The translations under genes were made by a program, and so were the position numbers. The notes under the pieces are model-generated. The model saw only the letters and a list, made by a program, of their open reading frames with translations, searched no databases and was not told the origin of the DNA. Of a DNA stretch of 6,383 nucleotides, positions 1 through 6,103 are shown piece after piece. The DNA comes from a virus (taxonomy: Duplodnaviria > Heunggongvirae > Uroviricota > Caudoviricetes). The DNA is taken from IMG/VR virus record IMGVR_UViG_2778261541_000005; one strand, given 5' to 3'. The number at the start of each line of letters is the position of its first letter. The stretch's first letter is position 1.

Positions 1-70
1 AGATACCTGTATAAATAACCGGTAACTGTCAGATCAGGTCTGAGCTAATACACTTAAAGATATTGACCTT

Positions 71-277
71 ATGACTAAAGCGGGTCGTGTCGAGTGTCAG
101 TTGATTTTGTCCAAGCATCTAAAAGGTTTGACGCTAGATAAGGGGTCAGTGACGGTTAAGTTACAGAACGACACTGAGATAACCATACCTACAGACCCGC
201 TACCGCTAAATGATGGAACATCAATCTTTGAAATTGCTGAGAAAAATCTATTAAAGATAGACGGTTTTCAGTTGTAA
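71..277 (+). CDS. hypothetical small protein (68 aa), convergent to the tail genes
   Basis: ATG at 71 is the first start after an in-frame TGA at 41-43; TAA at 275-277 is followed directly by a strong intrinsic terminator. No obvious Shine-Dalgarno upstream. No family recognised. Confidence 0.4.
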   Translation: MTKAGRVECQLILSKHLKGLTLDKGSVTVKLQNDTEITIPTDPLPLNDGTSIFEIAEKNLLKIDGFQL

Positions 278-282
278 CTTAC

Positions 283-305
283 AAGGGGCTATGAAGCCCC
301 TTTTT
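283..305 (+). terminator. rho-independent terminator, probably bidirectional
   Basis: Stem GGGGCT (285-290) / AGCCCC (295-300), loop ATGA, then T5 (301-305); an AA tract on the 5' side gives a weaker U tract on the minus strand. Lies between convergent stops at 277 and 311. Confidence 0.75.
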
Positions 306-310
306 CATTT

Positions 311-1087
311 CTAGTAAGTGCCGCGCTTGTTAGGATTCACACCGTACTTTCTCAGCGCTCTACCCGTCCCGCTATTAAGCACCTTTGAAGCCTGAGCGTT
401 AGCTGCATCTGTGAAGGTACTTTCACCATTCTTGACGCTGACGCTCTTAGAACATGCTACACGGGCTTTTAACGCTTCATCTGATAGCTCGCTTGCCGAA
501 TAGCTAAATAGCTCTTTGCAAGTCAACATAGGGCTTCCAAGGCTCGTTGTAGTATTGCCAGTGTTCTTCTTAGAAGTTGTTCCACCGTCATTTGTTGTAG
601 TGGCTTTACCAGTAGCCGCACTAATATCAGTCTGTCCAACTACAGCTTTAAATTCCACACCTTGGAAAGTCATCTGAATACGAAGACCATTAGAGATAGT
701 GTGCTCTTTAGAAGCTTTAAACTGTGTAATCACTGAGTCAGTGATAGAGATTCCATCTTTAGCAACTACGGTGATAAGCTGCTTCTGGTCTCGCCATTGT
801 TCAACCGTAGAAATAAAGGTTTCTACAAGTTGCCCTTGTCTGGTTAATAGAACTGAACCTGTCGAATCAATAACTACGACGCCACTAATAGAGATAGTCT
901 TAGGTGCTCTCTGAACGTTATCAGTGATAGTTTGCCCTGATTGCATAGCCTGAGTTGTCACCATCATCGGTGAGTCATAGTCCATCTGTTCAGTAGCTGT
1001 TAAGGCAAGAAAAGATTCTACATTATCTCTAAGGTGAAAATAGATACCATCTTTACCTGAGTATCTAATTTGCTTTGTGTCAAACAT
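311..1087 (-). CDS. putative tail structural protein, distal-tail-protein-like (258 aa), with a Thr/Gly/Asn-rich linker and a C-terminal extension
   Basis: ATG at 1087 preceded by an AGGAA Shine-Dalgarno. First gene downstream of the tape measure gene, and about the size expected for a distal tail protein. Low-complexity linker [20 protein letters not shown] separates an N-terminal body of roughly 150 aa from a C-terminal domain of roughly 70 aa. Function is inferred from position and size only. Confidence 0.6.
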   Translation of the reverse strand: MFDTKQIRYSGKDGIYFHLRDNVESFLALTATEQMDYDSPMMVTTQAMQSGQTITDNVQRAPKTISISGVVVIDSTGSVLLTRQGQLVETFISTVEQWRDQKQLITVVAKDGISITDSVITQFKASKEHTISNGLRIQMTFQGVEFKAVVGQTDISAATGKATTTNDGGTTSKKNTGNTTTSLGSPMLTCKELFSYSASELSDEALKARVACSKSVSVKNGESTFTDAANAQASKVLNSGTGRALRKYGVNPNKRGTY

Positions 1088-1116
1088 TGTTGTTATTCCT
1101 ATTCTGTTAAGCGTGA

Positions 1117-1171
1117 GCTACGTGAAATCTAATTTTTGGTGGGTATATCTGTTCAGGAGATTTCACGTAGC
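1117..1171. repeat. 14-bp perfect inverted repeat (GCTACGTGAAATCT / AGATTTCACGTAGC) with 27-nt spacer
   Basis: Arms at 1117-1130 and 1158-1171 are exact reverse complements. Sits in the 173-bp gap between the tape measure gene and the downstream tail gene; no flanking U tract, so not a canonical terminator. Confidence 0.55.
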
Positions 1172-1219
1172 ATTCGACTATTCATAGTTGAATCGTCATA
1201 CTAGATAAAGATTAATAGA

Positions 1220-1235
1220 TTGCCATGTGTGGCAA
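1220..1235. promoter_or_regulatory. palindromic site TTGCCA-N4-TGGCAA, candidate operator
   Basis: Perfect 6-bp arms at 1220-1225 and 1230-1235, in the AT-rich region upstream (minus-strand sense) of gene 311..1087. Confidence 0.3.
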
Positions 1236-1260
1236 TAAATATTAGTAGTTCTAACATTGT

Positions 1261-3327
1261 TTATTCCTCTGGGTAAGCTGAGCTAATCAAGGTATCTTCC
1301 TGCATACGATTAATATGCGATGTGGTTCTTTCATCAATAACCTTTCCATCAAGTACCGTCTGAGTTGTGATATTGATTGTCTGAGGCTGAATATTTACTG
1401 ACGGCTTGATAACCTTTAAATCCTGTGTGAATGTTTCCACTCGACCTTTCAGAGTATTTAATGCTTCATGTGAAAACTGTGGGGCATCTTTTGATTTGCC
1501 CTGAACCATAGCCCATAAAACAGCGGCTAAAGAGTTCATGTCACCAGTCAATGCTTGGTCTGTGGGTTCCACCTTTGACCTTACAACTTTATCAATTGGA
1601 TTATCTGACTTACTCATCTGACGTTCATAGAACGGTTTGACAATGGCATTAATCACATCAGTTGTCATACCGACAATCATTACTCTGGTAATTGCATCAG
1701 CTACAGATAATTTTCCTTTACCACCTTCAACACTACCGGAACGTGAATTAATTCTTCCTGCTGCTGTATTTGCTACATTTCCAAGCGTGGAAATAGCCCT
1801 AATTAAGCTCCAGATGCCACCTACAGCACCAATACCAGACCTTACAGCGACAATACCAGCAAGTCCCTTTAATGCACTTAACAGGCCATTTGCGATACCA
1901 TCAGCTACAGCTTTTTGAGTGTCATTTAATTCTCTGTAAGCAAGGGTCACTCTGTCAAAGAATCCCTGCACTCGGTAGCTAATCGTGGTTAAATCATCAA
2001 TACCGTTTGACATACTTTTCATCAAGTCGCCAAAATGTTCACCAAGATTTTTAGATTGACCACCTAGTGAATTAAGTAAATTAGTCAGTGACCTTGTAAA
2101 ATCTACAAGACCTTCCTGTGAACCATCGAACATTAAGGCCAGATTATTGTTCCATGAATTACTTAAGCGGCCTAACTGCGTCTGAGTAGAGTTAATAATC
2201 TTTTCCCATCCACCAGCTTTATCAATCATCCTTCCCATTTCAGCGGATACTTTAGGGAGAACATCTTTAGAAAGAACCTTACCGTCTTTCATGGCCTTGT
2301 CTAATTCTTCCGTAGTCATCCCAAGGCTTCTGGCAAATAACTGAAAAGCACCTGCCATTCTGTCACCTAATTGACCGCGTAGTTCTTCAGCCTGAATCTT
2401 TCCTTTAGAAGCCATCTGTTCGAAAGCTTTTAGAATCCCATTAATTTCATCAGTGCTTAAACCCATTAATCTGGATGTACCAATCACATTACTAAATAGG
2501 GATTCTTTCTGGCCTGCATCCATATCACCAGCACCAGCGGAAAACTTAGCAAAACTGCTTAATGTTTCAATCTGGTCAACACCAGTATTATTAGCAAGAT
2601 TCTTAACAAATTCTGTAGCTCGTTTAGCACCTTCATCACCTAAAACGAATTGTGCCGCTCGTTGTGATGCTTCTTTTTTCAGACCAACTTCCATAACCTT
2701 CTTGTAAGCTTCTAAGGCTGTCTGAAAACTATAAATGGCTGTACCTGCTTTGATTGCACTTGTAGCTAATACATCCAGACTATTTGAAGCATTTTCACTG
2801 TGATTATTTTTGCTGGTGGTCTTATTAAACTTAGAAAGTGTTTCACGTAGATTTTGATTTAACTTTGCTAACTCACGATTAAAAGCTTCGTTTCCAAGTG
2901 TCTTGGATTTACTGCTTAAGTTGTAATATTGGCTCTTAAAATACTTCTCAAGCATAGGATTAAAGTCACGAAGCTTGCTCATATTCACGCTATGCGCTGC
3001 TGTGATTGCTCTGTTTCCGCTAATTCGTGGCTGTCTTGCTGCTTTAACAGTTTCTTCAACCTGAGTTTTGAACTTAAAGACCTTCGTAGATTTGGCTCTT
3101 TCCTCCAGCTTATTAAAAGTCTGGTTAATCTTCTTTTCCATATTCCCCAAAGAGGCTGTTAAATCCTTATCCATGCTCTTTGGGTTAACTTTAAACGCTC
3201 TATTCAAATTACGTTCAATTCTTTGTGCTGACTGCAAAGCTGCCTTTTCAACTCTTTGCAAGCCTTTAATAACGTTTTCATTGAAGCCTAGCTCAACAAT
3301 AAAACTATCAACTGTAAATTTGCTCAT
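1261..3327 (-). CDS. phage tail tape measure protein (688 aa)
   Basis: ATG at 3327 with an AGAGGTGA Shine-Dalgarno 8 nt upstream. Long helical, Lys/Glu/Gln-rich N-terminal region; segment ELRGQLGDRMAGAFQLFARSLGMTTEELDKAMKDGKV resembling the conserved tape-measure domain; Gly-rich hydrophobic stretch LKGLAGIVAVRSGIGAVGGIWSLIRAISTLGNVANTAAG typical of these proteins. Confidence 0.85.
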   Translation of the reverse strand: MSKFTVDSFIVELGFNENVIKGLQRVEKAALQSAQRIERNLNRAFKVNPKSMDKDLTASLGNMEKKINQTFNKLEERAKSTKVFKFKTQVEETVKAARQPRISGNRAITAAHSVNMSKLRDFNPMLEKYFKSQYYNLSSKSKTLGNEAFNRELAKLNQNLRETLSKFNKTTSKNNHSENASNSLDVLATSAIKAGTAIYSFQTALEAYKKVMEVGLKKEASQRAAQFVLGDEGAKRATEFVKNLANNTGVDQIETLSSFAKFSAGAGDMDAGQKESLFSNVIGTSRLMGLSTDEINGILKAFEQMASKGKIQAEELRGQLGDRMAGAFQLFARSLGMTTEELDKAMKDGKVLSKDVLPKVSAEMGRMIDKAGGWEKIINSTQTQLGRLSNSWNNNLALMFDGSQEGLVDFTRSLTNLLNSLGGQSKNLGEHFGDLMKSMSNGIDDLTTISYRVQGFFDRVTLAYRELNDTQKAVADGIANGLLSALKGLAGIVAVRSGIGAVGGIWSLIRAISTLGNVANTAAGRINSRSGSVEGGKGKLSVADAITRVMIVGMTTDVINAIVKPFYERQMSKSDNPIDKVVRSKVEPTDQALTGDMNSLAAVLWAMVQGKSKDAPQFSHEALNTLKGRVETFTQDLKVIKPSVNIQPQTINITTQTVLDGKVIDERTTSHINRMQEDTLISSAYPEE

Positions 3328-3354
3328 TCATGTTTCACCTCTTAAGTGTTCATA

Positions 3355-3398
3355 TACGAAAAAGGGGAGGACCAACCAATTAAGGTTAATCTCTCCCC
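3355..3398 (-). terminator. rho-independent terminator on the minus strand, between gene 3447..3650 and the tape measure gene
   Basis: Minus-strand RNA: GGGGAG (3398-3393) ... CUCCCC (3369-3364), with an inner AACC/GGUU helix, followed directly by U5 (3363-3359). The tape measure Shine-Dalgarno lies about 20 nt further downstream. Confidence 0.6.
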
Positions 3399-3446
3399 GT
3401 ACTATAGATTCGATAGAACCTATCTCATATACCCAACCAATTCTTG

Positions 3447-3650
3447 TTACCTAACCAGATAATAATTACCATCTTCACCGACAATCTGACAATCACTTGG
3501 TAATTTATCAAGACACCATTTGGCTATTTTCCTGATTCTATTCTTTTGCTTAGAGGTGGATGATTTGATTCGTTTTGGTTTGTTGGGTTGTTCTTTCAGT
3601 CGTTCACTAATTGCTTTAATAAGCTCATAGCGTTCTGTTAAATCAAACAT
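3447..3650 (-). CDS. hypothetical basic small protein (67 aa)
   Basis: ATG at 3650 with a GAGGTG Shine-Dalgarno; 24 nt after the stop of the upstream gene. Lys/Arg-rich centre (PNKPKRIKSSTSKQKNRIRKIAK) suggests nucleic-acid binding. No family recognised. Confidence 0.6.
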   Translation of the reverse strand: MFDLTERYELIKAISERLKEQPNKPKRIKSSTSKQKNRIRKIAKWCLDKLPSDCQIVGEDGNYYLVR

Positions 3651-3674
3651 TAATCACCTCTTCTTAATTCATAA

Positions 3675-4385
3675 TCAAAGTGCCTTGCTATACTTCTGAG
3701 AAATCTTAGTAAGCTGCTCAATATCAGCCTGCATAGCAATCTTCTTCTGCGTTTCATAGTCACTGATTAGTTGCTTCATAGCTCTAAGCTGGTTAGCAAG
3801 CTCTTGCTTAAATCTGTTTAATTTTTTGCTATGACGCTCAAGTAGATTCTTTTCAGCTAACTGACAAATCTCTTCATCTGTTTTATCAGACAGTAAAATA
3901 TATGAACCTGTACCGCGTGAAGCTGGTCTAACATCAATTAAACGGAATCCTTCAGGGATGTTTTGAAGAACTTTTGAGATATTCTCTCTTGCTGTACCAA
4001 AACCATCATTATCTTCAACTGAGTAATATACGAATGGATTTTGTCTAATTTCCACTTCAATATCAAAATCAGTTGGCTTCTCAGTCTCTTCAAAGTTCTT
4101 CACATTGTCGTAAGCGTCATCTAGTCTAAGGCGCTGTGCTTTTAGCAGTGGGTAATATTCACGCTCAAGCTCAAGTAGTGCTTCAGTTTTGCAGATATCA
4201 GGCATTTCTTGAGGCTCAGGGGCTACAAAGGTAATTTGCTTTGGTGACATCTTTAACTCTTGCTCAAGTGCAATTCTTTCATCGTGTTCTTTACGCTGAA
4301 TAGTGATAGCTGGATGTTCACCCTGTGGTGACCAGTCACCGAAGCTATCAATCACTTTGCCATTAATGTAAATATCATTTGTCAT
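3675..4385 (-). CDS. hypothetical acidic protein (236 aa) with predicted coiled-coil C-terminus
   Basis: The ORF track starts this frame at a GTG at 4430; the ATG at 4385 is preferred because AGAGGA lies 6 nt upstream. Strongly acidic; C-terminal heptad-like segment ELANQLRAMKQLISDYETQKKIAMQADIEQLTKISQKY. No family recognised. Confidence 0.7.
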   Translation of the reverse strand: MTNDIYINGKVIDSFGDWSPQGEHPAITIQRKEHDERIALEQELKMSPKQITFVAPEPQEMPDICKTEALLELEREYYPLLKAQRLRLDDAYDNVKNFEETEKPTDFDIEVEIRQNPFVYYSVEDNDGFGTARENISKVLQNIPEGFRLIDVRPASRGTGSYILLSDKTDEEICQLAEKNLLERHSKKLNRFKQELANQLRAMKQLISDYETQKKIAMQADIEQLTKISQKYSKAL

Positions 4386-4393
4386 TGTTTTTC

Positions 4394-4496
4394 CTCTTCT
4401 AAGTAGGTATTCAGTTTTTAAAAAGCACACCTGACAGCCTACGAACTTAGAAGAGACTTAAAAGCGTTTGCCAAGTATGCTTTTTAAAAACTGAAT
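4394..4496 (-). promoter_or_regulatory. structured 5' leader of gene 3675..4385: 19-bp perfect inverted repeat plus 11-bp anti-Shine-Dalgarno-like repeat
   Basis: ATTCAGTTTTTAAAAAGCA (4409-4427) is the exact reverse complement of TGCTTTTTAAAAACTGAAT (4478-4496), with a 50-bp spacer. Inside the spacer, ACTTAGAAGAG (4445-4455) is the exact reverse complement of CTCTTCTAAGT (4394-4404), which overlaps the GAGG core (4393-4396) of the Shine-Dalgarno. Confidence 0.5.
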
Positions 4497-4597
4497 GACC
4501 CTAGATAATTTCTTATAAAGGGCCATTCATAAGGTGAAGAAATTAAAAGAACATCTAAAGGATTCAATAATGAATTGAATGAACAAAGACTTTTGAG

Positions 4598-4626
4598 ATG
4601 ACCTCTTATATAGTTTGAGAGGTCAT
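4598..4626. repeat. hairpin, 9-bp perfect stem (ATGACCTCT / AGAGGTCAT) with 11-nt loop
   Basis: Arms at 4598-4606 and 4618-4626 are exact reverse complements. Intergenic; no U tract on either strand, so not a canonical terminator. Confidence 0.45.
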
Positions 4627-4720
4627 GTAGCGAAAAGCATTGCACCTTTCCAACTCAGAATATCCATCCATCGGATTATTGAAAGAAAAATAAGAGAGAA
4701 TTGCTCTCCCTATATATACA

Positions 4721-4749
4721 ATTATGTCATGCTCAAGGTTATTTGTCAA
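4721..4749 (-). promoter_or_regulatory. putative sigma70-type promoter (TTGACA-17 bp-CATAAT), minus strand
   Basis: On the minus strand: perfect -35 TTGACA (4749-4744), 17-bp spacer, -10 CATAAT (4726-4721). Sits just downstream of the peptide ORF stop (4775) and about 330 nt upstream of gene 3675..4385. Confidence 0.45.
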
Positions 4750-4774
4750 CAGCTTTTTAACAGATTGGTAACAT

Positions 4775-4840
4775 TTATACTTTAATAGATGCACCTGCAA
4801 TCATACCAATCAATACAAAACAGATAATCACCAATTCCAT
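4775..4840 (-). CDS. candidate small hydrophobic peptide (21 aa, MELVIICFVLIGMIAGASIKV), not in the ORF track
   Basis: ATG at 4840-4838 overlaps the TAA stop of the 109-aa gene (TAATG); GGTGGTG Shine-Dalgarno-like motif 5 nt upstream; TAA at 4777-4775. One predicted transmembrane-length hydrophobic segment. Confidence 0.3.
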   Translation of the reverse strand: MELVIICFVLIGMIAGASIKV

Positions 4841-5169
4841 TAATGCACCACCTTCGAATCCGTAACCAAAATATTGTCAGCGTACAGGATTGCTATGGCT
4901 GCCTTGAGATATTTTTCAGGGCTAACGCTGTATTTGTTCGTTTCTTCGATAATCAATCTTTTCATGTTCGAATCTGTTACAGGAAACATAAAACGCGGTT
5001 CACCAGTTTCAATTTCCTGAATAAAGTCAGAGATGTTTTCTGCATTATCAGCCATTAGCTTTAACAGCCTGTCAAAATCAATTTCCACACCTGCATCAAT
5101 GAAGCTTTGCACCATCATAGCGGTGTCGCTATCAACGAAAATCTGTAGCGGGAAGTTTAATTCTCTCAT
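4840..5169 (-). CDS. hypothetical acidic protein (109 aa)
   Basis: ATG at 5169 with an AAGGAGA Shine-Dalgarno 9 nt upstream. By my count about 19 Asp/Glu against 10 Lys/Arg. No family recognised. Confidence 0.7.
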   Translation of the reverse strand: MRELNFPLQIFVDSDTAMMVQSFIDAGVEIDFDRLLKLMADNAENISDFIQEIETGEPRFMFPVTDSNMKRLIIEETNKYSVSPEKYLKAAIAILYADNILVTDSKVVH

Positions 5170-5236
5170 TTCTTAAAATCTCCTTTTTACCAGACCTCCT
5201 CAATCGCTCTGTAACGAGCTAAACAGTCTTTTTCAG

Positions 5237-5266
5237 GGGTGGCCTGTACAGTGGTATTACCCACCC
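5237..5266. repeat. GC-rich hairpin (GGGTGG / CCACCC) with palindromic CTGTACAG in the loop
   Basis: Stem 5237-5242 / 5261-5266; loop holds the perfect 8-bp palindrome CTGTACAG (5244-5251). Lies in the 179-bp gap upstream of gene 4840..5169. Confidence 0.35.
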
Positions 5267-5348
5267 TAAAATAAGATAGTTTTTTGCGTTAGAATGCGAT
5301 TGAGAGCGTCTGAGAAGCTGTTTTTCTAATTTCTCTTAAAGTCTCGGA

Positions 5349-5549
5349 CTACCAATAGCCTAATTCCACTTTATTTCGTTCAAACCATTCCGCTGTAACT
5401 GCTGTTTTCAGTGTTTCATTTGGGCTGGTGGCATGAATGAAGATATCTTTTGGATTGTGAATATCACCGAAACAATCTTCTTTGATGAGCAAGTCTGATA
5501 CATGCTTAATCATTTTATCTGTCAAATATTCGAATTTAATACATAACAT
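5349..5549 (-). CDS. hypothetical protein (66 aa), third gene of a coupled operon
   Basis: The ORF track starts at a TTG at 5582, overlapping the upstream gene by 34 nt. The ATG at 5549 is preferred: it overlaps the upstream TAA stop as TAATG and has GGAGA upstream. The start remains uncertain. Confidence 0.55.
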   Translation of the reverse strand: MLCIKFEYLTDKMIKHVSDLLIKEDCFGDIHNPKDIFIHATSPNETLKTAVTAEWFERNKVELGYW

Positions 5550-5821
5550 TAAATCTCCAGTAGTAAATTGTTTGGGTGGCAATTTCTTTTATTACCATCC
5601 CTGAAGATAATCTTTTTAGTTGCCTGAACTTCATGATGCAAAAACCAGATGACATACTTCAGATAATAATCACGAGTGCCATAACGAATCATTGGATTAC
5701 CGTAAGCGTCATCTCTTGTCTTAACTTCTCCGCCATCAATCCATTCAAGCATTCCTGTCTCATAATTAATCGTGAAGTAAGTTGCAAAGAACCGTTTAAT
5801 ATCATCTCGCCATTGCTTCAT
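5549..5821 (-). CDS. HNH-like small protein (90 aa), HNH_3/AP2-like with an apparently degenerate catalytic motif
   Basis: ATG at 5821 with a GGAGG Shine-Dalgarno 7 nt upstream. C-terminal IWFLHH...IIFRDGNKRNCHPNNLL resembles the HNH_3 core (H-x-DGN...NN...NL), but the His that normally precedes DGN reads F-R. N-terminal YFTINYETGMLEW resembles the Y-x-V-S-N-x-G element of that family. By-eye comparison only. Confidence 0.6.
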   Translation of the reverse strand: MKQWRDDIKRFFATYFTINYETGMLEWIDGGEVKTRDDAYGNPMIRYGTRDYYLKYVIWFLHHEVQATKKIIFRDGNKRNCHPNNLLLEI

Positions 5822-5823
5822 AA

Positions 5824-6102
5824 TCAGACCTCCAGAGACAGCTTGCGAAGCTTGATGCTCAATAGACGGGCAATATCAATTTTAAAGCTGTTAAGTGCCT
5901 TCAAAGTATCTAAAGCGTCCTGAGTAATTCGGATGTGTTTACGACCTTTAGAGACTGGATATTTAAGTAAATCCGACTCAGTGACTTCTTTAGCGATTGC
6001 AAGTTGCATAACAGTTTGATGAGGCAAGTTAGTCGCTCGTTTAATTCTGGTAAGCTCGTTAAAAGCTTCCTCTGAAATACGGGTTAGAGTGTGTTTATTC
6101 AT
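5824..6102 (-). CDS. putative DNA-binding protein with two ribbon-helix-helix-like repeats (92 aa)
   Basis: The ORF track starts at a TTG at 6201; the ATG at 6102 is preferred because GGAGGA lies 9 nt upstream. TLTRIS-EEAFNELTRIKRATN-LP-HQTVMQLAIAKEV fits a beta-alpha-alpha pattern; KHIRIT-QDALDTLKALNSFK-IDIARLLSIKL repeats it. The TGA stop is 2 nt from the next gene's ATG. Confidence 0.6.
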   Translation of the reverse strand: MNKHTLTRISEEAFNELTRIKRATNLPHQTVMQLAIAKEVTESDLLKYPVSKGRKHIRITQDALDTLKALNSFKIDIARLLSIKLRKLSLEV

Positions 6103-6103
6103 T

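Noticed and set aside
699-914. 71-aa plus-strand ORF
   Set aside because: Lies entirely antisense within the 258-aa tail gene, with no ribosome-binding site and low-complexity translation.
1220-1235. TGGCA-containing palindrome as a sigma54 promoter
   Set aside because: No correctly spaced -12 element follows it on either strand; more consistent with a dimer-binding operator.
1637-3454. Plus-strand ORFs 1637..1918, 2453..2707, 2929..3162 and 3068..3454
   Set aside because: All are antisense within the tape measure gene or overlap its start and terminator; Pro/Ser/Leu-rich translations typical of antisense frames and no Shine-Dalgarno motifs.
4385-4430. GTG start at 4430 for gene 3675..4385 (251-aa version)
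   Set aside because: That start lies inside the 19-bp inverted-repeat arm and has no Shine-Dalgarno; the in-frame ATG at 4385 has AGAGGA 6 nt upstream.
4606-4800. 64-aa minus-strand ORF
   Set aside because: Starts at TTG with no ribosome-binding site and overlaps the predicted promoter and two hairpins.
4851-4861. CCTTCGAATCC resembling a tRNA T-arm motif
   Set aside because: It lies inside the 109-aa coding frame and has no surrounding acceptor, D or anticodon stems.
4843-5058. 71-aa plus-strand ORF
   Set aside because: Antisense within the 109-aa gene, with no ribosome-binding site.
5549-5582. TTG start at 5582 for the 66-aa gene (77-aa version)
   Set aside because: Would overlap the upstream gene by 34 nt from a non-ATG start; the ATG at 5549 gives a TAATG coupling. 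The start remains uncertain.
5576-5923. 115-aa plus-strand ORF
   Set aside because: Antisense across the HNH-like and ribbon-helix-helix-like genes, which have strong translation signals of their own.
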